A DNA stretch of 41,992 bases from Planctomycetota bacterium (lineage in GTDB: Bacteria; Planctomycetota; Planctomycetia; JALXBF01): assembly GCA_026991575.1 (NCBI GenBank), contig JALXBF010000153.1, positions 1 through 41,992 on the forward strand. The letters run 5' to 3'. Below are positions 1 through 9,095 of the stretch, piece by piece (positions within the stretch are counted from its first letter, which is position 1; every line of letters starts with the position of its first letter). Made by a program: the position numbers and the translations under genes. Under the pieces are notes generated by a model. It saw only the letters and a list, made by a program, of their open reading frames with translations. It was not told where the DNA came from and did no database searches.

Positions 1-86
1 GCTCGTGCCAGCATCCGCTGCACCAGCTGGTAGGCACGCTCATTCGGTGAGCCGACTGCCGCGGCGTTCGATTCTGCCTGGTTCAC
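1..86 (-). CDS. 5' end of a gene running off the left edge; probable methenyl-tetrahydromethanopterin cyclohydrolase (Mch)
   Basis: Manual translation from GTG at 86 (GAGGTGG upstream) gives MNQAESNAAAVGSPNERAYQLVQRMLAR, open to the edge. The S-x-N-xx-A-xx-LV-xx-M pattern resembles the Mch N-terminal helix. Only 28 codons are visible and the ORF is absent from the supplied track. Confidence 0.4.
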   Translation of the reverse strand, partial: MNQAESNAAAVGSPNERAYQLVQRMLAR

Positions 87-203
87 GGAATCCACCACCT
101 CGCTATGTTCACCGTTCACGGAGCCAGCCGGTTGATCGGTATCATAACGACGTACCTGGGTGGGTATTCCACCGAATTGCGGGCGTGACGTGGAGGTTCT
201 CGT

Positions 204-3200
204 ATGCAGCCGCGGGCGCTGGTGTGCTGGTGCTTACTGCTGGTTGTGGCCGTTGCCGTGCCGGCAAGCGAGCCGACGCAACCATTGGTCCGATCGCTCA
301 CCGTCGCGGACCAGCCGCTTACCTGGAAGCTTCCTTTACCCACCCAGCCTGGCCAAGCTCTTGCCATTGCGCTGGGCATTTCCCTGGAGACGCCAGCAAC
401 GATCCAGGTGACGCTGCTTCAGGGCCAGACCGTCATCGTCACTAAGCGACTGCATGCCGCTGACAGCGAGTTCTTCACGACGTTGCAACCGGCCGAACGA
501 CCGTACGCCGTCCGCCTCAGCAACAGCGGGCACCGCCCGGCCCAGGTGACGGTTCGGCTCTGGCAGATCGGGCCGTTTGAGCCTGACGGCGAGTTGCTTC
601 CGGAGCTTGAGCCCAACGACACGCCCGAGGCAGCCCAGCAGTACCGGCTCGGACAGACGGTCGTGGCCGGCGCGGCGGATGAGACTTACCGCAGCACCGA
701 GTCCGTTGAGGACACTGCCTGGGACCAGGACGACATTGCCGAGGACTGGTTCCGCCTGCAGCCTGCGGTTCGGGAGCCGCGCCTGGCGTACGTCTGGATC
801 GATCTGTTGGACCGGGAGATCCCTGTCGACCTGACGGTCTTCCGGGAAAGCGACGAGGGATTGGTGGAAGCAGATCCGGGTTTCGAGAAGTTTGAGCCCG
901 AGCGGTCGACTCCGTATGTCGGCCTGTCGAAGTTCCGTTCGTTCGTAGTTCGCCCGGGCGAACGGTATTTGATCCGGGTTCGCGCCCGCCACCCGGCTTA
1001 CCTGCTGCGCAGTGCGACCTATGAGCTGCCTCCCTACCTGGACCGGGCCACCGAACCAACCCCACAGGAGCTTGCAGACGCTGCGTCGAAAGCGGTCCGT
1101 GTTGCCCAGGACTACGTGCTGCTTCGCGGCGAAGCCTGGCATGCGAACACGCCGCGCACAGGCGCCGTGGCCAACCGCTGGCGGAACGTCCACGCTGAGA
1201 CGGCTCAGTGCATTGCCTGTCACCCGACCCAGTTCTCAACCCGCGGTGCGCTGACTTCGATCGCCAACGGCTATCCGCTCAGACGGCGCGAGCAGCTCGA
1301 CTTCCTCGCCGATCGTCTGTACAACAACCCGAGACCGTTTTATGGCTTTCCCGAGGCTGCCTGGACCAGGGTCATCAGCGCGGCAGCCAACAGCTTGAGC
1401 CGGCCGAGCGTGACCTTAAGGCTGTTCGAACGCCACGTCAGCGGTCGCCCGATAGAGGCGTTCCATCGTGCCGTTGCGGAGTACCTGTTCCTGTACTATG
1501 ACGGCCGGACCGAACTTCCTGCGGATGAGTCGAACGGGAACCGGCCGCTAGTCTCCGCCTATGAAGTGGCCTTGCACAGCTGGCAGGTGAGCCGGGAGCT
1601 TGCCGAACGTGGCGGTCCGGGTAGCGATCGTTACGCTCGGCTGGCCGAACGGCTCGAGCGGCTTATTGCCTCCGATCAGGCTGTCAACGACATGCTCGAC
1701 CTGTGCTATCAGACATTAGCCTTCTGTCGGATCGATCGGGACAAGTACGCCGAGCAGATACGGCGCAACGTGACGCGGATCCTTAGCTACCAGCGCGCCG
1801 ACGGCAAATGGCCCATGCGCTTCGAGAAGGACGCCCCTTCCGCGGAGTTCCAGACCGGGCATTGCCTCTACGTGCTTGCTGTTGCCGGCCTGGACGCTTC
1901 GCATCCGGCGGTCAGACGTGGACTGGTTGCTTTACTTGCTGCCCAGGAACCATTCGGGGGCTGGTACGACGATGCCGACCCGAAGCGGCCCCATCCCTAC
2001 GAGAACTTCCGAACGCCGTTCCGCGAGACCCAGTTTGCTCTGATGGCACTCTCGCAGCTTTTCCCGGGTCGCGGACGGCACGTCGCTGCCGACCGACCGG
2101 GCCGGCCGCTAGACTGGTCGGAGCGGATGAGGCGGTTGGATGCAATTGGCTATCGAGCGGATGAGGTCGACCTGGCCTTGGTTGCCGATGCCCTTCGGGA
2201 TAGCGATCCGCTCGTGCGCCGCTTGGCGCTGGCTGCATGTGGCCGGTTGCGTGCGCCACAGCTCGGGATCGCTGCCGCGGCAGCCCTTGCGGACGATGCG
2301 TGGATCGTTCGGCGCGCGGCAGCCTGGGCGGTCCGACACTACTGGCACGACGACCGGGTGCGTGCGGCCGTCAGGGAGCGGCTGACCGCGGCGGTCACGA
2401 GCACGCGGCGGGCGGCGCTTCTGGTGTTCCAGCAGCATTTCCGGTTCTGGACCGACGATAGCGCGATCCTCGAGCTGCTGCTGAAGGCGATGACGCAGGA
2501 CCCCGATCCCGTCTGCCGGATGCTTGCCAGCCGTGCGCTGTGGCGATGGTGGCACTGGGCAGCGTCGGAATCGGTGCGCGCCCGAATCGAAGATGCTCTC
2601 CTGGATGCGCTGCTCGCAGAGAAGGACTCACGTGTTGTCATCAACTTGCAGGAGGCAGTGTACAACGTCTTCGATGAGAACGTCCGCTACCTGTACAACA
2701 ACTGGATTGCCCGTCTGGCGAGGCCTCAGTGGCGTGCGCGCGCGCAGCGGGCACAGCGGCAGACGGTGCGGAGGCAAGCGGAGAAGCTGCTCCAGCGGCT
2801 CGCACGGGCTGACGACCGCCAAGCGGTCCGGCTGCTCCGGGCTGTGGGCTGGTTCCACTTGCGGGGCCCGGTGGTTGGGAAGGGCCGCGAGCGGCGTATC
2901 GGCAACGACGTGGAAACGATCCGCTTCTACGGCGAAGCCGGTCAGAGGTTTGCTGTTGCTCTGGAGCATTACCTGACCAGCCCGGACCAGGACGTTCGAC
3001 GGGCGGCCGTGCTGGCAGCGCTGACGCTGCGCGACGTGACGGCTCGGTCGCAAGTGGCGCCGACGTTCGTGGCTTTGGCGGCAGATCCGGATCCGCAAGC
3101 CCGTGCCGTTGCACTGCGGTTTGCTGCCGCCTTCATGCCGAAGTCCGACCGCGAGCTGTCGGGCCGGTGGCTGGAGACGATCGAGCAATTGATAGACGCA

Positions 3201-4268
3201 CCGACCGATTCGGCTCGAGCGCTCGGTTTTCGGCTGGCCGCACGCGCAGCGGCGGTCACCCGGGTGCGGGAGCGTCAGCGGTTGGCTGCGCTGCTACGCG
3301 CCTACCTGCGCGCGGCCGAGCAGCCTGCTCCCGATGCGCTGTATGCGGTGGCAGAGGTGCCGGAGTTACATGCGGACCGGGGGGTGCTACGGGCGTTAAG
3401 GCGTGCGCTTGCAGCCGAGGACCATGCGACGGTGATCGCGGCTGCCAAGGTCGTGCTGACCGTGCCTGCACTGGCCACGTCGAAGGTGTTCCGGCGGCCG
3501 CTGGACGAGCTGAACAAGCGGCTGAAGGCGGACCGGACCCTGTGGCGCGAGCTGTTGCGCGAGGCCGCCCGAGACGCGGCGCTGGCGCGTGAGCCGCATG
3601 TGGCTGTGTGGACGGCCGCGGCACTGGAGCAGGACGATTCGAGGTTGCAGGCAGCGGTCCTGGATCTCATCCGCAAGGTCCCTGAGCTCAGCGACAATGC
3701 CGCCGTCCGGCTCGCACTGGAGAAGTTCACGGCCCGAGCTGATGGGCGCGCCCGTGTGCTGGCGCAGGCACTCTACACCGGTGCGCAGCAGCATGACCGC
3801 CGGCCCGCCACGCAGCAGCCGGAGGTATCCGTGGCCGAGCGATTGGATCGAGGCTTTTTCGAACGTTACGTGCAGCCGATCTTCTTCAAGAAGGGCCCAG
3901 ACGGTCAAGCGTGCGTGGACTGTCATCTGAATCATGGCATCCTGGACTTGAAGGCCCCGGCGGAAGGCTTGTCTTTTGAGGAAGTAACCGAGCACAACTA
4001 TCGCAGTGCGCTACGGGTGGTCGACCTGGACCGGCCGGAGCGGAGTCTCCTGTTGCGCAAGCCACTCAGCGATGCGTCTCGCGAAGGTATCGTTGGCGGC
4101 GGTCTGTCACACGGAGGCGACGTGCGGTGGCCTGACGGGGAGCGTAGCCAGGAGTATCGCATCATCCTTGACTGGCTCAACGGCGCACGGGACCGCGGCA
4201 CGGCAGCCCGGCCGACCGACGGCGGCGGCGACCGACGCGAGCCTGTGCGGGCCGGTTCTCAACGATGA
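204..4268 (+). CDS. Large secreted multidomain protein: PPC-like N-terminus, heme c motif, prenyltransferase/squalene-cyclase-like QW repeats, HEAT repeats, C-terminal cytochrome c-like domain
   Basis: 1354-aa ORF with signal peptide (MQPRALVCWCLLLVVAVAVPA), ELEPNDTPEAAQ motif, CIACH and CVDCH, QRADGKW and QEPFGGW, HEAT-like repeats (DSDPLVRRLALAA, DPDPVCRMLASRAL, DPDPQARAVAL) and a C-terminal PERSLLLRKP...HGG. Confidence 0.8.
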   Translation: MQPRALVCWCLLLVVAVAVPASEPTQPLVRSLTVADQPLTWKLPLPTQPGQALAIALGISLETPATIQVTLLQGQTVIVTKRLHAADSEFFTTLQPAERPYAVRLSNSGHRPAQVTVRLWQIGPFEPDGELLPELEPNDTPEAAQQYRLGQTVVAGAADETYRSTESVEDTAWDQDDIAEDWFRLQPAVREPRLAYVWIDLLDREIPVDLTVFRESDEGLVEADPGFEKFEPERSTPYVGLSKFRSFVVRPGERYLIRVRARHPAYLLRSATYELPPYLDRATEPTPQELADAASKAVRVAQDYVLLRGEAWHANTPRTGAVANRWRNVHAETAQCIACHPTQFSTRGALTSIANGYPLRRREQLDFLADRLYNNPRPFYGFPEAAWTRVISAAANSLSRPSVTLRLFERHVSGRPIEAFHRAVAEYLFLYYDGRTELPADESNGNRPLVSAYEVALHSWQVSRELAERGGPGSDRYARLAERLERLIASDQAVNDMLDLCYQTLAFCRIDRDKYAEQIRRNVTRILSYQRADGKWPMRFEKDAPSAEFQTGHCLYVLAVAGLDASHPAVRRGLVALLAAQEPFGGWYDDADPKRPHPYENFRTPFRETQFALMALSQLFPGRGRHVAADRPGRPLDWSERMRRLDAIGYRADEVDLALVADALRDSDPLVRRLALAACGRLRAPQLGIAAAAALADDAWIVRRAAAWAVRHYWHDDRVRAAVRERLTAAVTSTRRAALLVFQQHFRFWTDDSAILELLLKAMTQDPDPVCRMLASRALWRWWHWAASESVRARIEDALLDALLAEKDSRVVINLQEAVYNVFDENVRYLYNNWIARLARPQWRARAQRAQRQTVRRQAEKLLQRLARADDRQAVRLLRAVGWFHLRGPVVGKGRERRIGNDVETIRFYGEAGQRFAVALEHYLTSPDQDVRRAAVLAALTLRDVTARSQVAPTFVALAADPDPQARAVALRFAAAFMPKSDRELSGRWLETIEQLIDAPTDSARALGFRLAARAAAVTRVRERQRLAALLRAYLRAAEQPAPDALYAVAEVPELHADRGVLRALRRALAAEDHATVIAAAKVVLTVPALATSKVFRRPLDELNKRLKADRTLWRELLREAARDAALAREPHVAVWTAAALEQDDSRLQAAVLDLIRKVPELSDNAAVRLALEKFTARADGRARVLAQALYTGAQQHDRRPATQQPEVSVAERLDRGFFERYVQPIFFKKGPDGQACVDCHLNHGILDLKAPAEGLSFEEVTEHNYRSALRVVDLDRPERSLLLRKPLSDASREGIVGGGLSHGGDVRWPDGERSQEYRIILDWLNGARDRGTAARPTDGGGDRREPVRAGSQR

Positions 4269-4590
4269 GCTGCCCGTTGCTGGACGATGTGCCGCGCTCT
4301 GGGTAGCGACGCGCGGATTCCGGGGCTGGATTGCCGATTCTTAGCAAGGACAGCCGACTCTGGCACTGGCCACCGCGGCGAACCTGCCGACGGACCGCCC
4401 GAACAGCCGCCCTCGCCTACGGTGCCACCCGACCATGCAACAACAAGAGCGGAACGGGAGCCACTCGGCGACCGCCGGTTGACGAGCCGTTTGTCAGAGC
4501 GCACCATACTATGGACCAGGCTAAGGGGCCGGCCGTGTGGGTTGGGCGTGCGTTGTGGCTGGCCACGACCGTTTGCTAGGAGGAGAAATC

Positions 4591-5127
4591 ATCGAGCGCG
4601 AACACAGGATCAACGAGCAGATTCGGATTTCACCGCTTCGGGTCATCGATCAGGACGGCAAGCAATTGGGCATCCTATCGCGTGATGAGGCGTTGGCTTT
4701 GGCCCGGCGTGCCGGACTGGACCTGGTTGAGGTTAACCCGAACGCGCGGCCGCCCGTGTGCCGGCTGATGGACTACGGCAAGTTCAAGTACCAGCAGAAG
4801 AAGAAGCACAAGCGCGAGCACCAGGTCCAGCTCAAAGAGATCCGCATGCGGGCCGGCATCAGCGACCACGACCTGGAGACGAAACTACGGCACGCGCGCG
4901 AGCTGCTGGAGGGACGCGACAAGGTTCAGTTCACCATGATCCTCATGTCACGCGGCCGGCAGCTGCTGAATGTCGAGGAGGCGCAGCGGCGCATGAACTG
5001 GGTCATTGAGCAGCTATCGGATTTGGCGCGGATTGAGCGGCCGCTGCGGTTGGAAGGGAACCGGCTCACCGTCATGCTGGCGCCTGTCAGCGAAGCGAAG
5101 CGTCATGCTCAGGGCAGAGGAGGGTAG
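4591..5127 (+). CDS. infC: Translation initiation factor IF-3, probable non-canonical ATC start
   Basis: RINEQIR, DLVEVNPNARPPVCRLMDYGKFKY and KEIRMR...HDLETKLRHA motifs. AGGAGG at 4578-4583 precedes in-frame ATC codons at 4588 and 4591. Confidence 0.95.
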   Translation: MEREHRINEQIRISPLRVIDQDGKQLGILSRDEALALARRAGLDLVEVNPNARPPVCRLMDYGKFKYQQKKKHKREHQVQLKEIRMRAGISDHDLETKLRHARELLEGRDKVQFTMILMSRGRQLLNVEEAQRRMNWVIEQLSDLARIERPLRLEGNRLTVMLAPVSEAKRHAQGRGG

Positions 5128-5159
5128 CCGACTGACCAAGCTGCCAGTCGGCGGCTCGA

Positions 5160-5188
5160 TTGACTCCCGTCGCGAATCGGTCCATAAT
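5160..5188 (+). promoter_or_regulatory. Sigma70-type promoter upstream of rpmI
   Basis: TTGACT (5160-5165), 17 nt, CATAAT (5183-5188), about 50 nt before the rpmI ATG. Confidence 0.7.
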
Positions 5189-5240
5189 TAGCAACCTCTT
5201 TGGCCCATCCGCAGCGTGGTTTCCGAAGGACGGCGATCTC

Positions 5241-5438
5241 ATGCCCAAGGTAAAGACGCACAAAGGGTTGAAAAAGCGATTCAAGATCACCGCGCGCGGC
5301 AAGGTGGTTCATCGGCGCGCCGGCAAGAGCCACTTGATGAGCCATAAGTCCGGCAAGAGGGTTCGGCAACTACGCCGCCCCGCCCGGCTGAACAGCACGC
5401 AGGCTGCGCTGGTCAAGACGTTGCTGCCGTACGAGTAG
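5241..5438 (+). CDS. rpmI: 50S ribosomal protein L35
   Basis: MPKVKTHKGLKKRFKITARGKV...AGKSHLMSHKS, 65 aa; GAAGGA upstream; canonical position between infC and rplT. Confidence 0.97.
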   Translation: MPKVKTHKGLKKRFKITARGKVVHRRAGKSHLMSHKSGKRVRQLRRPARLNSTQAALVKTLLPYE

Positions 5439-5487
5439 TGGACTGTTCACGCAGGGCAAGACGCTAGTTCAGCGGAGGTACACCCAG

Positions 5488-5859
5488 ATGACGCGCGCAC
5501 GTTCGGGGCCGGCCCACCGTCGACGGCACAAGAAGGTGCTGAAGCGGGCCAAGGGCTTTGTGGGCGGTCGCGGCCGGCTGTACAAAGTGGCCCGCGAGAC
5601 GCTGCTCAGGGCCGGAAACTATGCCTACCGTGACCGCCGGGTGCGGAAACGGGACATGCGGCGGCTGTGGATCATCCGCATCAATGCTGCTTGCCGCTTG
5701 CGTGGCCTGCCGTACAACCGGTTCATTAATGGCCTGAAACGAGCCAACATCGCCTTGAACCGCAAGACGCTCTCTGAGCTCGCCATCCACGATCCTGAAG
5801 CGTTCGATCGTGTCGTGGCGCTGGCCCGCAGTGCGTTAGAGGCCCAGTCTGCCGGATAG
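5488..5859 (+). CDS. rplT: 50S ribosomal protein L20
   Basis: RRHKKVLKRAKGF, YAYRDRRVRKRDMRRLWIIRINAA, LNRKTLSELAIHDPEAF; GGAGGT SD. Confidence 0.98.
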   Translation: MTRARSGPAHRRRHKKVLKRAKGFVGGRGRLYKVARETLLRAGNYAYRDRRVRKRDMRRLWIIRINAACRLRGLPYNRFINGLKRANIALNRKTLSELAIHDPEAFDRVVALARSALEAQSAG

Positions 5860-5913
5860 GCCACCCGGCGGTTGGCATACGCTCCTGGCTGCGATGGATT
5901 CCCTGCCCGGTCA

Positions 5914-7002
5914 ATGAGCGAAGGCGACGCCGTGGACAAACTGCTCGCGGAGCTGAGCGAGTTCGAACGAGCCGCTCTGGAAGCGTTCGAACGAGCCAGC
6001 GACGCGGCGACGCTCGAAGCGGCACGCGTCCGTTTCCTGGGCCAACGGCGCGGTTGGTTCAAGCAGTTGGAGCAGCGGTTCCGGGCGCTGCCTCGAGAGG
6101 GCAAACGTACCTGTGGCCCGCGGTTCAATGAGGTACGGTCGCGGGTCCGTGAGGCTTTCAGCAAGGCGCAGGCTCGGCTCGAACAGGGCGCAGCTCAGGG
6201 TGGCCAACCTGAGGCGGCGGCCGTGCAGCCGACCGGCGGCCTTCGCTTTGGGGGGGCGGCGGTCACCGCTGGACGCGCTGAGGCGTTCGATTTCACCGTT
6301 CCCGGCAAGCGGGTGCGCCGAGGCACGCTCCACCCGCTGACGCATACCATCGAAGAGCTTATCCGCATCTTTGGCCGACTTGGCTTTGAGCTGGCCGACG
6401 GGCCCGAAGTTGAGGACGAGTGGCATAATTTCGAAGCACTCAACATTCCCCCGGAACATCCCGCTCGCGACCCGAACGATAACTTCTACCTCGACCCCCG
6501 CCGGTTGCTTCGCAGCCAAACCTCCACTGTTCAGATCCGTGTCATGGAGCGGCAGCGGCCACCGGTACGGATCATCGCCATCGGTCGTGTGTACCGGCCG
6601 GATGTCCATGACGCGACCCACTTTTCGATGTTCCATCAGATCGAAGGGCTCTACGTCGACCGTCACGTCACGCTGGCTCATCTGAAAACGGTGCTGCGCC
6701 AGTTTGCCCAGGCGTATCTGGGGCCCGACGTCCAGATCCGGTTTCGACCGTCGTTTTTCCCGTTCACCGAGCCGTCGGTCGAAGTGGATATGAGCTGGGA
6801 CGTGCGTGGGGGGCAGTGGGTCGAGCTCGGGGGAGCTGGAATGGTGGACCCGAACGTGTTCCGTGCCGTGGGCTACGACCCCGAAGAGTACACTGGGTTT
6901 GCTTTCGGACTCGGTGTCGAGCGCCTCTGCATGCGCCGCCACGGCATCCATGACATCCGCTTGTTCTACGAGAACGACGTGCGGTTCTTGAAGCAGTTTT
7001 GA
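5914..7002 (+). CDS. pheS: Phenylalanine--tRNA ligase alpha subunit (start ATG 5914 or GTG 5932)
   Basis: [72 protein letters not shown]. Confidence 0.97.
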   Translation: MSEGDAVDKLLAELSEFERAALEAFERASDAATLEAARVRFLGQRRGWFKQLEQRFRALPREGKRTCGPRFNEVRSRVREAFSKAQARLEQGAAQGGQPEAAAVQPTGGLRFGGAAVTAGRAEAFDFTVPGKRVRRGTLHPLTHTIEELIRIFGRLGFELADGPEVEDEWHNFEALNIPPEHPARDPNDNFYLDPRRLLRSQTSTVQIRVMERQRPPVRIIAIGRVYRPDVHDATHFSMFHQIEGLYVDRHVTLAHLKTVLRQFAQAYLGPDVQIRFRPSFFPFTEPSVEVDMSWDVRGGQWVELGGAGMVDPNVFRAVGYDPEEYTGFAFGLGVERLCMRRHGIHDIRLFYENDVRFLKQF

Positions 7003-7026
7003 CTTGACCCCGCCGCTGGCTAACCT
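6999..7026 (+). promoter_or_regulatory. Possible internal promoter for pheT-icd
   Basis: TTGACT (6999-7004, overlapping the pheS stop), 16 nt, TAACCT (7021-7026). Confidence 0.3.
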
Positions 7027-7043
7027 GGTGAGCTCCTGATGCG

Positions 7044-9056
7044 ATGATCGTTAGCTGGGACTGGTTGCGACAATATGTCAACTTGGATATCGGGCTTGAC
7101 GAGCTCTGCCAGCGGCTGACCATGGCCGGCTTGAACCACGAAGGTTCCGAGTCGGTTGACGGTGATATTGCGATTGAGCTGGAGGTCACCAGTAACCGGC
7201 CCGATTGCCTGGGCCACCTGGGCATCGCACGCGAAGCGGCCGTGGTCAGCGGGGGACGGTTCCGTCCGCCCGACGTGACGCTTACCGAGAGCGGTCCCCC
7301 GGTGGAGCAGCTCACTTCCGTCGACGTACGCTGCCCTGAACTGTGTCCGCGCTACCTGGCACGCGTGATCCGCGGTGTCCGCATCGGTCCCAGCCCGGAC
7401 TGGCTGCGGCGCAGACTGGCGACCTGTGGCATCAGCTCCATCAACAACGTGGTTGACATCACGAACTACGTGATGCTTGAGGCTAGCCAGCCGCTGCACG
7501 CTTTCGATTACGACAAGCTGCACGAGCGCCGAATCGTCGTGCGGCGCGCGAAGAAGGGGGAGCGGCTGGTGGCGATCAATGGCCGAACCTACGAACTAGA
7601 CGCCGACATGTGCGTCATAGCCGATGCGTACCGGCCGGTGGCAATCGCTGGCATCATGGGGGGGCTGGAAACGGAAATCTCCGACAGCACCACAAATGTG
7701 CTCATCGAGAGCGCTCAGTTCGATCCGGTCAACGTGCGGCGCACGAGCCGCCGCCTCGGTCTCAGCTCACCCAGCTCGTTCCGGTTCGAGCGGGGGGTTG
7801 ACCCGGCCGGGGTCGATTGGGCAAGCCGCCGGTGCTGCCAGCTCATTCTGGAGCTGGCCGGAGGCGAGCTGGCCCAGGGGGCCACTGGGCTGTATCCGGA
7901 GCTACCCGCTCGGCCGCCGATTGTCCTCCGCCTGGACCAGTTGCGCCGCATTCTGGGCATTGACGTGCCACGCGACCGCGTGGTCGAGATCCTTGCCGCA
8001 CTCGGGCTTCAGCCCACCAAAGACGATGGCGGCAGGATCACCGTTGTGCCCCCGAGCTGGCGGCCGGACCTGACCCGTGAGATCGATCTGGTTGAGGAAG
8101 TTGGCCGGATTTACGGCTATGACCGCGTACCCGAGGATGAGCCGATCCCAGCGGTGTGCCCGTCGGAAAAACCGCGCGAGATCGCGCTGCGCCGCATCCG
8201 TGCTGCACTGGTGGCTCAGGGATTGCACGAGGCGTACACGCTGAGTTTCGTCGACGAAGCGCAGCTTGAACTGCTGCGGCCATGGACGCAGGCTGAGCCG
8301 CTGCGGGTTCAGCACAGTTCGCGCCGTCAGGAGAACTGCCTTCGGCAAAGTCTGCTGCCCAGCTTGCTCGCTGCCCGCCGCCTGAACGAAGCCCGCGGTA
8401 ACGAAGAGATCGAGCTCTTCGAGATCGCCCGCGTGTACCTGCCTCGCAATGGCGAGCTACCCGACGAGCCGCTGCATGTCGGCATCGTGGCCGATCCCGA
8501 CCTGGAGCGGGTCAAAGGCTATGCGGATGCCGTGCTGGAGGAACTAGGGTTGCTGGATCGCGTATCCGTTGCAGCCACCCGAATGGCTGGCCTGGCGGAC
8601 GGATTGGCGGGCGAGCTGACGCTGGAGGGGCAACGTGTGGGCGTGATCGGCACCGTGAGCCCGGCTGTGGTCAAGTTCTTCGACCTACGCCGCCCGTGCT
8701 GCGTGGTCGAGCTGGCGCTGGAGCCATTGCTCAAAGCAGCTCGTCTCGTGCCGACTTTTCAGCCATTCTCGCCGTATCCGGCAATCACACGCGACTTCTC
8801 CTTCATCGTGGCCGAAGAGATCACCTGGGCGCAGATTGCCGAAACGGTACGCGGTGCGGCCAAGGCGCACCTGGAGAGCATCCAGTTCAAGGAGATTTAC
8901 CGCGGTAAGCCCGTGCCGCGTGGAAAGAAGAGCGTGCATTTCCGGGTAGTGTTCCGCTCGGCGCAGAGGACCCTGACAAGCGAAGAAATCGATGCGGTTC
9001 AAGAAGCGATCATCCGTGCCGTGTGCGAACGGCTAGGGGCGGAGCTGCGCAAGTAG
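7044..9056 (+). CDS. pheT: Phenylalanine--tRNA ligase beta subunit, short form lacking the B2 OB-fold
   Basis: 670 aa; ELEVTSNRPDCLG begins at about residue 45; INNVVDITNYVMLE, RFERGVD, PPSWRPDLTREIDLVEEVGRIYGYD; C-terminal FDX-ACB domain (RTLTSEEI). Confidence 0.97.
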   Translation: MIVSWDWLRQYVNLDIGLDELCQRLTMAGLNHEGSESVDGDIAIELEVTSNRPDCLGHLGIAREAAVVSGGRFRPPDVTLTESGPPVEQLTSVDVRCPELCPRYLARVIRGVRIGPSPDWLRRRLATCGISSINNVVDITNYVMLEASQPLHAFDYDKLHERRIVVRRAKKGERLVAINGRTYELDADMCVIADAYRPVAIAGIMGGLETEISDSTTNVLIESAQFDPVNVRRTSRRLGLSSPSSFRFERGVDPAGVDWASRRCCQLILELAGGELAQGATGLYPELPARPPIVLRLDQLRRILGIDVPRDRVVEILAALGLQPTKDDGGRITVVPPSWRPDLTREIDLVEEVGRIYGYDRVPEDEPIPAVCPSEKPREIALRRIRAALVAQGLHEAYTLSFVDEAQLELLRPWTQAEPLRVQHSSRRQENCLRQSLLPSLLAARRLNEARGNEEIELFEIARVYLPRNGELPDEPLHVGIVADPDLERVKGYADAVLEELGLLDRVSVAATRMAGLADGLAGELTLEGQRVGVIGTVSPAVVKFFDLRRPCCVVELALEPLLKAARLVPTFQPFSPYPAITRDFSFIVAEEITWAQIAETVRGAAKAHLESIQFKEIYRGKPVPRGKKSVHFRVVFRSAQRTLTSEEIDAVQEAIIRAVCERLGAELRK

Positions 9057-9095
9057 CCGTCTCGGTAGTCACGCGTTGCTGGAGGAGACCAGCCC

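Noticed and set aside
204..4268. Squalene-hopene cyclase call for the large protein
   Set aside because: It has QW-like motifs but no DXDD catalytic motif was seen, and it has a signal peptide and HEAT/heme domains that SHC lacks.
4479..4512. Sigma70 promoter for infC (TTGACG ... CATACT/TACTAT)
   Set aside because: Spacing of 20-22 nt is non-canonical; a promoter is likely nearby but cannot be placed.
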